From an uncultured Clostridium sp. (GTDB lineage: Bacteria > Bacillota > Clostridia > Christensenellales > CAG-138): DNA of 52,565 nt. Shown here one piece after another: positions 17,615 to 27,087 of the stretch. Position 1 is the first letter of the stretch, and each line of letters starts with the position of its first letter. The translations under genes were made by a program, and so were the position numbers. The stretch is from NCBI GenBank assembly GCA_964546125.1, contig CAZJIS010000001.1, positions 7,571 to 60,135 on the forward strand, read 5' to 3'. The notes below the pieces were generated by a model that was not told the origin of the DNA, did not search any database, and saw only the letters and a program-made list of their open reading frames with translations.

Positions 17615-18031
17615 ATGAGCAGGAAAATTGCCCGCGAGGTGGCGATGAAGCTTGCCTTTGCGCGCCTTTTTGGCGGCGAGGACACCTATGCGGATATTCT
17701 GGACAAGTCCGGCATTACCGAAAGCCCCAGTGCGGATGACGTCGCCTATTCCGACGAGGTGCTCCGCGGCGTTGAGGCGCATGCGGAGCAGATCGATGAG
17801 TTGATCGCGGGGCTCGCCATCAACTGGAGCATCGGCCGCATGCCCCGGGTGGATCTTTCGATTTTGCGCATCGCCATCTACGAGATGCTCTTTCGCAAAG
17901 ACATCCCCGAGAGCGTATCGATCAACGAGGCGGTGGAGCTTGCCAAACGCTTTGGCGGGGATCGTTCCTCGGCCTATATCAACGGCATGCTCGGGACGCT
18001 CTCCAAGAGGATCGCCCAAGGAGAGGTTTAG
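17615..18031 (+). CDS. nusB: Transcription antitermination factor NusB
   Basis: MSRKIAREVAMKLAF.... ...RMPRVDLSILRIAIYEM... and INEAVELAK..G are typical of NusB. Confidence 0.93.
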   Translation: MSRKIAREVAMKLAFARLFGGEDTYADILDKSGITESPSADDVAYSDEVLRGVEAHAEQIDELIAGLAINWSIGRMPRVDLSILRIAIYEMLFRKDIPESVSINEAVELAKRFGGDRSSAYINGMLGTLSKRIAQGEV

Positions 18032-18033
18032 AA

Positions 18034-18990
18034 TTGCGGAGCCTGTGCATCGGCATTGATACGAGCTGCTATACGACAGCCGCAGCGTGCGTTGATGAGA
18101 GAGGCATCGTTCTCGACAGGAGGACGGTGCTTTTCGTCGAACATGGGGAACGCGGCCTGCGCCAGAGCGAGGGCCTTTTTCAACATGTGCGAAACCTCAA
18201 AAGCCTTTTACCCGATATGCTCCGTGACCTCCCCGAAGGAAAAATCGCGGCTGTGGGCGTGAGCGCGCGGCCAAGGGCGGAGGCGCTCTCCTACATGCCC
18301 GTGTTTCTCGCGGGCCACACCACGGCTTCGACGCTTGCCGCGGCGCTCGGCGTGCCGCTCTATGAATTTTCGCATCAGCAAGGGCATATCCGCGCGGCGC
18401 TTTTGGGGAACGAGGCGCTTCTTGGGCAGCGTTTCCTTGCGATGCACATTTCCGGCGGCACGACAGAGGCGCTTTTAGTTGAACAGGACGGTTCCATTTT
18501 GCTGCTCGGCGGCACTTCAGACCTGCACGCGGGCCAGTTTGTGGACCGCGTAGGCGTCGCGATGGGGCTTGGTTTCCCCTGCGGCAAGGCGCTTGAGGCG
18601 CTCGCTTCCTCTTTTGAAGGGACGCCCTCTTTCCGCCTGCCGGTATCGACGCGAGGGTGCGATTGTTCTTTCTCCGGTGTGGAGAGCGAAGCGCAGCGGA
18701 GGCTCCAGGCGGGCGCGAATCATGCGGAGCTCGCGCGCGCCGTTTATGATTGCCTTTCCCGTACGTGCTGCGCGATGCTCGACGCCGCGCAGGAAAAGGC
18801 CGGCTGCCGCGAGGCGTTGCTTGCCGGTGGCGTCGCCTCGAGCGCGCTTTTGCGCGAAGCGATGCGCGCGCGTATGGAAAAGGGCGGAAGTTTCAAACTA
18901 TACTTTGGGGAAAGCGCGCTTTCTTCCGATAACGCCGTGGGCGCGGCGCTGCTCGCGCGGGATAGATATGCGCAGGAGGCGCGCGCATGA
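18034..18990 (+). CDS. TsaD/Kae1-like ASKHA-fold protein (peptidase M22 family paralogue)
   Basis: TTG start 7 nt after AAGGAGAGG. GIDTSCYTT N-terminus, HxxxH metal motif (SHQQGH) and GGVASS..LR C-terminal motif. 318 aa. Confidence 0.7.
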   Translation: MRSLCIGIDTSCYTTAAACVDERGIVLDRRTVLFVEHGERGLRQSEGLFQHVRNLKSLLPDMLRDLPEGKIAAVGVSARPRAEALSYMPVFLAGHTTASTLAAALGVPLYEFSHQQGHIRAALLGNEALLGQRFLAMHISGGTTEALLVEQDGSILLLGGTSDLHAGQFVDRVGVAMGLGFPCGKALEALASSFEGTPSFRLPVSTRGCDCSFSGVESEAQRRLQAGANHAELARAVYDCLSRTCCAMLDAAQEKAGCREALLAGGVASSALLREAMRARMEKGGSFKLYFGESALSSDNAVGAALLARDRYAQEARA

Positions 18991-20204
18991 GGCCGGGCTA
19001 TGTGCTGAGCGTGACGCAGCTCAACGAATACGTCGCAAGCCTGATCGGTAACGACGCGCTGCTCGCGGGGCTTTCATTGCGCGGCGAAATCAGCGGCTTT
19101 AAGCGGCACAGTTCCGGCCACCTTTATTTTTCGATGAAGGATGAAGGCGCGCTCGTGCGCTGCGTGATGTTCCGCCAAAACGCGCTCTCGCTCAAGCAGG
19201 AACTGCGCGAGGGCATGCGCATTGTCGCTAAGGGATACGCCTCGCTCTACGCGCGGGACGGACAGTTCCAGTTCTACGTCAAATCCGTGGAGGATGAGGG
19301 CGAAGGGGAGCTTTACAGGCGCTTTTTGCAGCTCAAGGCCCGGCTTGAGGCGACCGGCATGTTCGATCCCGCCCATAAGCGGGAAATTCCCAAACTGCCG
19401 CGCTGCGTGGGGATCGTCACCTCGGCGACCGGCGCCGCCTTGCAGGATATCACCCATGTGATCCGCCGGCGATACCCGATGATGGATATCATCGTATGCC
19501 CGGCGCAGGTCCAGGGCGATGGGGCGGCGCGGGAAATTGCAGCCGCCATCCGCGCGCTCAATGAAGACGGCCGGGCGGATGTGATCATCGCGGGGCGCGG
19601 CGGCGGCAGCCTTGAAGACCTCTGGGCGTTCAACGAAGAAGCCGTTGCGCAGGCGATCTATCGAAGCGGCATTCCTGTGGTGAGCGCCGTGGGGCATGAA
19701 ACGGATTTCACGATCGCCGATTTTGTGGCTGATCTTCGCGCGGCGACACCCTCGGCGGCGGCCGAACTATGCGTGCCGGAATATGAGGCTGTGAGCGCGG
19801 ATCTCGAGGCGCTCATCCAAAAGCTTCGCCAGAACGCGCGGCGCGCGATCGAGGATGAGCGCGCAAAGCTCGACGCGAGCCTCGACCACGGCGCGTTCAC
19901 GGCGCCCCGTTATGCGCTGCACACGGCGCGCAGCGCGCTGGATGCTTTCGAGCGCGACCTTGTACGCGGCGCTAAGGACATCCTCGGCATGCGGCGCGCG
20001 GAACTCGCCGCCGCCGTTTCCGGCCTCGTGGCGCTTGCCCCGCAAAGGACGCTCGAACGCGGCTTCGCGTTCATCAAAACCGATGCGGGCACAGTGAGTT
20101 CGGTATCGCAGCTCACGGCGGGGGAGCAGGCGCGGATCGTGATGCGCGATGGGGAGGCTGAAGTTCTTGTGGAGCGCGTGAGCGCGCAAAAGGAGCATGC
20201 ATGA
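18987..20204 (+). CDS. xseA: Exodeoxyribonuclease VII large subunit
   Basis: ATGA overlap. SVTQLNEYV...GEISGFKRHSSGHLYFSMKD (OB fold), GRGGGSLEDLW.FN, HETD.T..D. Confidence 0.95.
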   Translation: MRPGYVLSVTQLNEYVASLIGNDALLAGLSLRGEISGFKRHSSGHLYFSMKDEGALVRCVMFRQNALSLKQELREGMRIVAKGYASLYARDGQFQFYVKSVEDEGEGELYRRFLQLKARLEATGMFDPAHKREIPKLPRCVGIVTSATGAALQDITHVIRRRYPMMDIIVCPAQVQGDGAAREIAAAIRALNEDGRADVIIAGRGGGSLEDLWAFNEEAVAQAIYRSGIPVVSAVGHETDFTIADFVADLRAATPSAAAELCVPEYEAVSADLEALIQKLRQNARRAIEDERAKLDASLDHGAFTAPRYALHTARSALDAFERDLVRGAKDILGMRRAELAAAVSGLVALAPQRTLERGFAFIKTDAGTVSSVSQLTAGEQARIVMRDGEAEVLVERVSAQKEHA

Positions 20205-20410
20205 GCACGAAAAACGGAACTTACGAAAAGGACATGGAAAAACTGCGCGAGATCGTGGAGCGCCTCTCGGCGGGCAATCTGCCGCTCGATGAGATGATGA
20301 AGCTCTATGAACAAGGCGTGGCGCTCGGCGCCAAATGCCGCAAAGCGCTTGATGAATACGAAGCCAAGCTCATCGTCATCGACGCGAAGGACGGTGGCGC
20401 GGATGTTTGA
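20201..20410 (+). CDS. xseB: Exodeoxyribonuclease VII small subunit
   Basis: 69 aa. ...LREIVERLSAGNLPLDEMMKLYEQGVAL.... ATGA overlap with xseA. Confidence 0.92.
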   Translation: MSTKNGTYEKDMEKLREIVERLSAGNLPLDEMMKLYEQGVALGAKCRKALDEYEAKLIVIDAKDGGADV

Positions 20411-21260
20411 AATCTATCTCCCCCTAATCGAAGCGATGCTCAAAGAGGCCGTGGCGGATACGCGCATCCCAAAGACGCTGCGCGAGTCGATGGCCTATAG
20501 CCTTCTCTCGGGCGGCAAGCGGCTGCGCCCATCGATCTGCCTTACCTGCTGCGCGCTCGTTGGCGGTGCAGTAGAACAGGCGCTCCCCCTTGCCTGCGGC
20601 GTGGAGATGATCCACGCCTATTCCCTTGTGCATGACGATTTGCCCTGCATGGATAACGACGACCTGCGCCGCGGCAAACCCACGAACCACAAAATCTTTG
20701 GTGAAGCGGGCGCGGTGCTTGCGGGCGACGCGCTGCTCTCCCACGCTTTTGAATGGATGCTCTCTCACGCCCCCGAAGAACCGCGGGCTTTGAACTGCTA
20801 CGTTCGGGCGATGCGCGCCGTGGCCGCGGGAGCGGGGGCTATGGGCATGGTTGCCGGGCAGAGTTTGGAGCTTTCCGGTGCACTCGATGCGGGAGAAGTG
20901 AGCCTCGTTGAGGTGCACCGCCTCAAAACCGGCGCGCTGATGCGCGCGGCAGCGCTTGCGGGCGGCCTTGCCGCCGGTGCGAACGACAAAGAGCTTCAAG
21001 CCCTTGAAGCCTTTGCCGTGCATTACGGCGCGCTTTTTCAAATTACCGACGACATGCTCGACGCCTCCAGCGAGGCGCAGGAAGGCAGAAACTATGTTTG
21101 GGCATATGGACAGGCAAAAGCGCGGGAGATGGCCGATGCCCACGCGCACCGGGCAGCGGAGGCCCTTTCAACCTTTGGCAGGCACGCAGATGTATTAAAG
21201 ACGCTCATTGCCCGCACGCGCGAACGCGCGAATGAAACTTCGGGGTTGATGAGGCTATGA
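20403..21260 (+). CDS. ispA: Polyprenyl (farnesyl/geranylgeranyl) diphosphate synthase
   Basis: The ATG at 20403 overlaps the xseB stop. First DDxxD in LVHDDLPCMDNDDLRRGKPT. Second in FQITDDMLD. Confidence 0.9.
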   Translation: MFEIYLPLIEAMLKEAVADTRIPKTLRESMAYSLLSGGKRLRPSICLTCCALVGGAVEQALPLACGVEMIHAYSLVHDDLPCMDNDDLRRGKPTNHKIFGEAGAVLAGDALLSHAFEWMLSHAPEEPRALNCYVRAMRAVAAGAGAMGMVAGQSLELSGALDAGEVSLVEVHRLKTGALMRAAALAGGLAAGANDKELQALEAFAVHYGALFQITDDMLDASSEAQEGRNYVWAYGQAKAREMADAHAHRAAEALSTFGRHADVLKTLIARTRERANETSGLMRL

Positions 21261-23104
21261 CGCACACGCCGCTGTTGGATTCGATCCATAACATTGAAGA
21301 TTTCAGGCGCATTGAGCGGCGCGACCTGCCGCGCCTCGCGGAGGAGATCCGCGCTTTTCTTGTCGAGTCCGTAGCAAAAACGGGCGGTCATCTCGCCTCG
21401 AACCTCGGCGTGGTTGAATTGACCATCGCGCTGCATTTGGCGTTCCATTCGCCTGAGGACAGGCTTGTTTTTGACGTGGGTCACCAAAGTTACGTCCACA
21501 AACTCATCACAGGCCGAAAGGCCGAATTTGCGGCGCTTCGGCAGAAAGGCGGCCTGAGCGGGTTTCCCAAGCGCAGTGAAAGCGCGCACGATGCATTCGA
21601 AACCGGCCATGCGAGCACATCGATCTCGGCGGCGCTCGGCATGCTGCGGGCGGATGCAATGCTTTCCCGCGCGCGCAGCGTTCTTGCCGTCGTGGGGGAT
21701 GGCGCGCTCACGGGCGGGTTGTGCTTCGAGGCGCTCAACGATGCGGGGCAGAGCAAGCTGCCCTTGATCGTCGTCGTTAACGACAACAACATGTCCATTT
21801 CCCACAACGTGGGCGCGTTAAGCCGCAACCTTTATAAAATGCGGGCGAGCGGCTCCTACCAACGTTTCAAAAGCTTCGTTGCCAACGCGCTTGTGCGCAT
21901 CCCAAAAATCGGGCAGGGGCTTTCCAACCGCGTGCTGCGCTTTAAAAACAGGATCAAATATCTTTTGCTGCCGAACGTCCTTTTTGAAGAGATGGGCTTC
22001 ACTTACCTCGGCCCGGTCAACGGACACAGCATTGACGCGATGGTGAATGTGCTCGAGCAGGCAAAAGCTCTCCATCATCCGGTGGTGGTGCATGCGCTGA
22101 CCGTCAAGGGCCGCGGCTATGATTACGCCGAAAACGACCCCGAAAAATTCCACGGCGTGGGCAAATTCGATCCAAGCACCGGCGATTGCGGCCGCCGCTC
22201 CGGTCAAACCAACTCCGCGGTCTTCGGTGAAGCGCTCGTAAAGCTTGCGCAAGTCGACCCGCGCATTGCCGCCATCACCGCCGCGATGCCCACCGGCACG
22301 GGGCTCGATGGGTTCGCGAAGCGTTTCCCGGCGCGCTTTTTTGATGTGGGAATCGCCGAGGCGCACGCCGTTACGATGGCGGCGGGCATGGCAAGCGCCG
22401 GGGCAAAGCCGGTCGTCGCGATTTACTCCACGTTTTTGCAGCGCGCTTATGACCAGATCATCCACGACGTTTGCTTACAAAACCTGCCTGTGGTGTTCGC
22501 GATCGACCGCGCCGGGCTTGTGGGGGAGGATGGGGAAACCCACCAGGGCATTTACGACATCAGCTTTTTGCGCAACTTGCCGAATTTGACAATCCTCTCG
22601 CCCTCCTCAGTCGAAGAGCTTGAAGGGATGCTCGCTTACGCGCTCTCGCTTGATACGCCCTGCGCCATCCGCTATAACCGGGGCTCGCTCCGGGTCGATT
22701 GCGGCGCGAAACCCGCGATCGACGGCACATGGGAGACATTGCGCGAAGCGCGCGAGGTCACCGTGGTCGCCACAGGGCGGCTCGTGCAGACGGCGCTCGA
22801 TGCCTCGGAGGGTCTCGACGCGGGCGTGGTGAGCGCGCGCTTCCTCAAGCCGCTTGATGGGGCGGCGCTCGGGGCGATCGGTAAAGTTTCGCGCACGCTC
22901 ATCACACTGGAAGATGGTTCCGTGGAGGGCGGCCTCGGGTCGGCCCTTGCGCAGCATTACCAGGGAAAGCCGCGCGTCATCCGCCTCGGGGTTCCCGAAG
23001 CGCCCGTGCTGCACGCATCGATCCCACAGCAGGATGAGCTTTGCGGTATTTCCGTTGATCAAGTGCGCGCGGCGGTCGTTCGCGCGCTGGAGGAACGCGC
23101 ATGA
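21257..23104 (+). CDS. dxs: 1-deoxy-D-xylulose-5-phosphate synthase
   Basis: 615 aa. DVGHQSYVHKL, GDGALTGG (TPP binding), IAEAHAVT. ATGA overlap with ispA. Confidence 0.96.
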   Translation: MTHTPLLDSIHNIEDFRRIERRDLPRLAEEIRAFLVESVAKTGGHLASNLGVVELTIALHLAFHSPEDRLVFDVGHQSYVHKLITGRKAEFAALRQKGGLSGFPKRSESAHDAFETGHASTSISAALGMLRADAMLSRARSVLAVVGDGALTGGLCFEALNDAGQSKLPLIVVVNDNNMSISHNVGALSRNLYKMRASGSYQRFKSFVANALVRIPKIGQGLSNRVLRFKNRIKYLLLPNVLFEEMGFTYLGPVNGHSIDAMVNVLEQAKALHHPVVVHALTVKGRGYDYAENDPEKFHGVGKFDPSTGDCGRRSGQTNSAVFGEALVKLAQVDPRIAAITAAMPTGTGLDGFAKRFPARFFDVGIAEAHAVTMAAGMASAGAKPVVAIYSTFLQRAYDQIIHDVCLQNLPVVFAIDRAGLVGEDGETHQGIYDISFLRNLPNLTILSPSSVEELEGMLAYALSLDTPCAIRYNRGSLRVDCGAKPAIDGTWETLREAREVTVVATGRLVQTALDASEGLDAGVVSARFLKPLDGAALGAIGKVSRTLITLEDGSVEGGLGSALAQHYQGKPRVIRLGVPEAPVLHASIPQQDELCGISVDQVRAAVVRALEERA

Positions 23105-23919
23105 AAGGCGTGCGGGCGGATGTGCGGCTCGTGGAGCTTGGCCTGAGCGAGAGCCGCGAGAAAGCGCGCGCTTTGATCATGAGCGGCAGCATTTACCTTG
23201 GGGAAGCGCGCGTCGAGAAGCCTGGCCAAACCGTTGCGCCGGACTCCGCGCTCGAAGTGCGCGGCGCGGAGAATCCCTTCGTGAGCCGCGGCGGTCTTAA
23301 ACTCGAGAAAGCGATCACAAAATACGGCCTCACGCTCACGGATGCCACCGCGGCGGACATAGGCGCCTCCACGGGCGGATTCACCGATTGCATGCTGCGC
23401 CACGGCGCAAAGAAGGTCTACGCGATCGACGTAGGCTACGGTCAGCTCGACTGGCGGCTGCGCAGCGACCCGCGCGTGGCGGTGATGGAGCGCACCAATG
23501 CCCGCTTCATCGAACCTTCGTGGTTTTCCGAAGCGCTCGATTTTGCATCGATGGACGTTTCGTTTATCTCCATTCGCCTGATCATGCCGGGCCTGTACGC
23601 TTGCCTCAAAGAGGGAGGGCGGGCAGTGGCGCTCGTTAAACCGCAGTTTGAAGCGGGGCGCGGCAAGGTGGGCAAAAACGGCGTGGTGCGCGACCCCAAA
23701 ACGCATGCCGAGGTGCTTGGGGACGCGGCGCGCTTTGCGCTCGAAGTGGGGTTTGCGATCGAGGCGATGGACTTTTCGCCGATCACGGGGCCAAAGGGCA
23801 ACATCGAGTTTTTGCTCGTGCTCCAAAAAAGCTTGACGAGGCAAGAGAAAGAATGGTCCGAGCTGAACACCGAGGCATTGCGCGTGGTCTCCGAGGCGCA
23901 TGCGGCACATGATGCATAA
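23101..23919 (+). CDS. tlyA: TlyA-family rRNA 2'-O-methyltransferase (S4 + FtsJ domains)
   Basis: S4-like N-terminus (RADVRLVELGLSESREKA). SAM motif DIGASTGGFTD. B. subtilis yqxC position after dxs. Confidence 0.9.
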   Translation: MKGVRADVRLVELGLSESREKARALIMSGSIYLGEARVEKPGQTVAPDSALEVRGAENPFVSRGGLKLEKAITKYGLTLTDATAADIGASTGGFTDCMLRHGAKKVYAIDVGYGQLDWRLRSDPRVAVMERTNARFIEPSWFSEALDFASMDVSFISIRLIMPGLYACLKEGGRAVALVKPQFEAGRGKVGKNGVVRDPKTHAEVLGDAARFALEVGFAIEAMDFSPITGPKGNIEFLLVLQKSLTRQEKEWSELNTEALRVVSEAHAAHDA

Positions 23920-23935
23920 AATTACATATTTTACT

Positions 23936-23964
23936 TGAATATACACGTGCGTGGTTGTATAATA
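23936..23964 (+). promoter_or_regulatory. Sigma-A type promoter immediately upstream of nadK
   Basis: TTGAAT-17 nt-TATAAT. The -10 ends 7 nt before the nadK ATG. Confidence 0.55.
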
Positions 23965-23971
23965 TCAAAGA

Positions 23972-24808
23972 ATGAAAGACGTTTCCGTAAGAAATAAATA
24001 TATTATCGGTTTTTCAACCAACCCTGAGCGGAACAAGGCTGTTGCCTGCCTTAAAAGCGCGCTGCAGCTTGCAAGGGCGCATGGGTACGATTGCTGCGTT
24101 AACGACGACATTAAAAAAGCCGCGCATATCGATGCGCCTTCGTTTTGTGAGCTTCCCCCGGATATCATTGTAGCTTTCGGCGGGGATGGAACGATTTTGC
24201 GCGCGGCGGTGCCCGCTTATGAATACGACGTGCCTATTCTCGGCGTGAACCTCGGCCGCGTCGGTTTTTTGAGTGAGATCGCTCCGGAGGGCTTTAGCGA
24301 GGCGCTCGATCGCATTGAAGCGGGCGATTACCGGCTCGATTCGCGCATGCTGCTCGCCTGCTCGGTTAACGGCGACGCGCAACGCTTCTGCCTCAATGAG
24401 GTGCTGCTCTACAAGCGCTCCTTCTCGGGCGTTGTGGACATTACCATGCATATCGACGGCATCCATGCGGGCTCCGTTTTGTGCGACGGCATTATCGTGA
24501 GCACGTCGACAGGGGCGACCGGCTACTCGATCTCGGCGGGCGGCCCGGTGATCGCGCCGGGGCTGGACGCCATCATTTTGACGCCGATCTGCCCGCATGT
24601 TCTTTCGGTGCGGCCCATCGTCGCCGCGGGGGAGGCCCAGATGCGCTTCTCGATGAACAGCGAGGGCTATGTGTCGCTCGACGGCATCTCTTCGGCCCAG
24701 ATCGACACCGACGATGTGATCTCCGTTTGCCGCTCCAAAAGGCATGTCGACTTCATCCGCTTCGGCGAGAGGAACATTTACGAACTAATCAGAAGCAAGC
24801 TGTCCTGA
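23972..24808 (+). CDS. nadK: NAD kinase
   Basis: GGDGTILRAA motif, NLGRVGFL, STSTGATGYS..AGGP. No Shine-Dalgarno sequence upstream. Confidence 0.92.
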   Translation: MKDVSVRNKYIIGFSTNPERNKAVACLKSALQLARAHGYDCCVNDDIKKAAHIDAPSFCELPPDIIVAFGGDGTILRAAVPAYEYDVPILGVNLGRVGFLSEIAPEGFSEALDRIEAGDYRLDSRMLLACSVNGDAQRFCLNEVLLYKRSFSGVVDITMHIDGIHAGSVLCDGIIVSTSTGATGYSISAGGPVIAPGLDAIILTPICPHVLSVRPIVAAGEAQMRFSMNSEGYVSLDGISSAQIDTDDVISVCRSKRHVDFIRFGERNIYELIRSKLS

Positions 24809-24846
24809 GCGTTCGCACGCGCACATTAAGGGGGAGGTATTTTTCG

Positions 24847-25299
24847 ATGAAATCCGAACGACATGCGATGATTCTCGAGCTTATCGAGCGCAACGATGTG
24901 GAAACGCAGGAGGATCTTGCGCGGCTTCTCAAAGAACACGGCATCAGCGTGACACAGGCGACGGTGTCGCGCGACATCAAAGAGCTGCGCCTCATCAAGG
25001 TTCTCACCGACACGGGCGCTTATAAATACGCCACGGTCGACAAGGCCGAGGCCGGTTTGAAAGATAGGCTCATCCGCATTTTCAGCGACTCTGTCGTGGC
25101 GATTTCGCATTCCTACAACCTCGTCATCATCAAGACTCTTTCCGGTTCGGGCAACGCCGCCGCAGAGGCAATCGATTCGCTGCATTGGAATGAGATCGCC
25201 GGCACACTCGCGGGCGACAACACGATATTCCTCGCCGTGAAAGACCTCAAGCAGGTGCCCGATGTTTTAAAGCGCATCGGCTCGATGATCAAAAAATAA
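24847..25299 (+). CDS. argR: Arginine repressor ArgR/AhrC
   Basis: The ATG at 24847 follows AAGGGGGAGG. Winged helix (...QEDLARLLKEHGISVTQATVSRDIKEL...). C-terminal GTLAGDNTIFL. Confidence 0.93.
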   Translation: MKSERHAMILELIERNDVETQEDLARLLKEHGISVTQATVSRDIKELRLIKVLTDTGAYKYATVDKAEAGLKDRLIRIFSDSVVAISHSYNLVIIKTLSGSGNAAAEAIDSLHWNEIAGTLAGDNTIFLAVKDLKQVPDVLKRIGSMIKK

Positions 25300-25311
25300 G
25301 AAAGGCGCAGG

Positions 25312-27009
25312 ATGCTCCGCAGACTTTACATTGAGAATATCGCTTTGATCGACGCCCTTGAGCTTGAATTCAGCGAGGGGTTCAACGTATTGACCGGCGA
25401 AACGGGCGCGGGCAAGTCGATCCTCATAGATGCGGTTAACTTTGTTTTGGGTGAGCGCGCCAGCCGGGAACTGATCAAATCCGGCGCGCAAAAGGCGCGG
25501 GTCGAGGCCGTGTTTTCTGTGCAAAGGAACTCCCGCGCCGCGCATGTTCTGGCTGAAGCGGAGATCGAATGCGAGGGCGGCGAGATCATGCTTGCCCGCG
25601 AACTCACCGCCGCAGGCAAAAACACCTGCCGCGTTAACGGCGTGCTCATGCCCCTTTCTGCCGTGAAGCGCGTTTCGGACGCGCTCATCGACATACACGG
25701 CCAGCACGAGCATCAGTCTTTGCTCGACCCCGAGGGCCACACCGCTTTTCTCGACGCGTTCGATCACACGGCCATCGCGCCGGAACTCGAGGCGCTTTCT
25801 TCTCTGTGCGCCAAGCATGCGGCGCTGCGGTTCGAAAAAAACGCCGGCTTTGGGTCGCCCGAGGAGCGCTGCCGCGAGATGGATATCCTCTCATTCCAAT
25901 CCGAGGAGATCGCAAAAGCTGCGCCGGCCGCAGGCGAAGATGAAAAGCTCGCCGCCGAAAGGCTCCTTTTGATGAATGCCGAGCGCATTCGCTCTTCGCT
26001 CGGCGAGGCGCATGCGGCGCTCTATGCAAGCGAGGGAGAAAATGCCCTTTCTCTTATCGACGCCGCGCGGCGCAAGCTGCGCGACATTTCCTCGTTCTCG
26101 CCCGAATATGATGTGCTCCACGCGCGCCTTGATGAAGTTTATTATACGCTTGAGGACGTCGCCTTTTCGATTCGCGACGCGGGGGATTCTTTGGAGTTTG
26201 ACCCCGGTAAGCTGGAGCGGACGGAGGAGAGGCTGCGTATCCTTTTCGATCTCAAACGTAAATACGGCGCGAGCATCCCCGAAGTCCTTGCATTTGCGCA
26301 ACAGGCGCAGCAGCGATTGGAAACGTTGCTGCGCGCGGATGAGCGTGCGGCCGAACTCGAGGGAAAACTTCGAGCGATCGAGCGGGATTACCATGTGCAT
26401 GACGATGCGCTTTCGCGGCTTCGCGAACATGCTGCCGTGGGACTGCGCGCGCAGGTGCTCGCACATATGGCCGACCTTGGGCTTGAAAAATCGGATTTCG
26501 AGGTGGCTTTCACAAAAACAGCGGGCGCGGAGCTCAAACCCGATGGCACGGCCGGCGCCGCGTTTTTGCTGACTACGAACCCCGGCGAGCCGTTAAAGCC
26601 GCTTGCAAAAGTCGCCTCGGGCGGCGAGCTTTCGCGCATCATGCTCTGCTTCAAGGCAATCTTTGCGCAGAACGATAAGATCGGCACGCTGATTTTCGAT
26701 GAGATCGACACGGGCATCAGCGGCAAGGTCGCGGCGGCCGTGGGCGAAAAAATGCTTTGCATCGCAAAAACACATCAAGTCATCTGCGTGACCCACCTCG
26801 CGCAGATTGCGGCGCTTGCCGATGCGCATTATGTCGTGCAAAAAACGGATGACGGCATGCGCACGCGCGTCGATGTGCGCGCGCTCGACGAGGAAGGGAA
26901 ATACCGGCGCATTGCCCAGATGATGGACGGCGACCCGGATTCCTCCTTTGCTTATGAGCATGCGCGGGCCTTGATCGGGCGGGCTGGAAAAATTAAAAAC
27001 ACGCCCTGA
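25312..27009 (+). CDS. recN: DNA repair protein RecN
   Basis: Walker A GETGAGKS, coiled-coil centre, signature ASGGELSRIML, Walker B LIFDEIDTGISG. Confidence 0.96.
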   Translation: MLRRLYIENIALIDALELEFSEGFNVLTGETGAGKSILIDAVNFVLGERASRELIKSGAQKARVEAVFSVQRNSRAAHVLAEAEIECEGGEIMLARELTAAGKNTCRVNGVLMPLSAVKRVSDALIDIHGQHEHQSLLDPEGHTAFLDAFDHTAIAPELEALSSLCAKHAALRFEKNAGFGSPEERCREMDILSFQSEEIAKAAPAAGEDEKLAAERLLLMNAERIRSSLGEAHAALYASEGENALSLIDAARRKLRDISSFSPEYDVLHARLDEVYYTLEDVAFSIRDAGDSLEFDPGKLERTEERLRILFDLKRKYGASIPEVLAFAQQAQQRLETLLRADERAAELEGKLRAIERDYHVHDDALSRLREHAAVGLRAQVLAHMADLGLEKSDFEVAFTKTAGAELKPDGTAGAAFLLTTNPGEPLKPLAKVASGGELSRIMLCFKAIFAQNDKIGTLIFDEIDTGISGKVAAAVGEKMLCIAKTHQVICVTHLAQIAALADAHYVVQKTDDGMRTRVDVRALDEEGKYRRIAQMMDGDPDSSFAYEHARALIGRAGKIKNTP

Positions 27010-27044
27010 CGCATGCCTCACGGCACGCAGGCGCATGCTTAATA

Positions 27045-27074
27045 CCGCGGGATGAATCCCGCGGCTTTTTGTTT
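27045..27074 (+). terminator. Rho-independent terminator of recN
   Basis: CCGCGGGA-TGAA-TCCCGCGG hairpin followed by CTTTTTGTTT. It overlaps the track's 27052 start for spoIVB, which argues for the 27088 start. Confidence 0.8.
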
Positions 27075-27087
27075 GTTGAGGTGGAAA

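Noticed and set aside
27011-27040. Sigma-G/sigma-F-like promoter upstream of spoIVB (GCATG-18 nt-CATGCTT)
   Set aside because: It is one mismatch from the -10 consensus as I remember it. In addition the strong recN terminator hairpin (27045-27074) lies between it and the spoIVB start, so transcripts from it would meet a terminator. Not called without experimental TSS data.
27052-27087. Track start codon for spoIVB at 27052
   Set aside because: It lies inside the recN terminator hairpin and has no RBS. The ATG at 27088 follows GAGGTGG and begins a normal signal/TM sequence.
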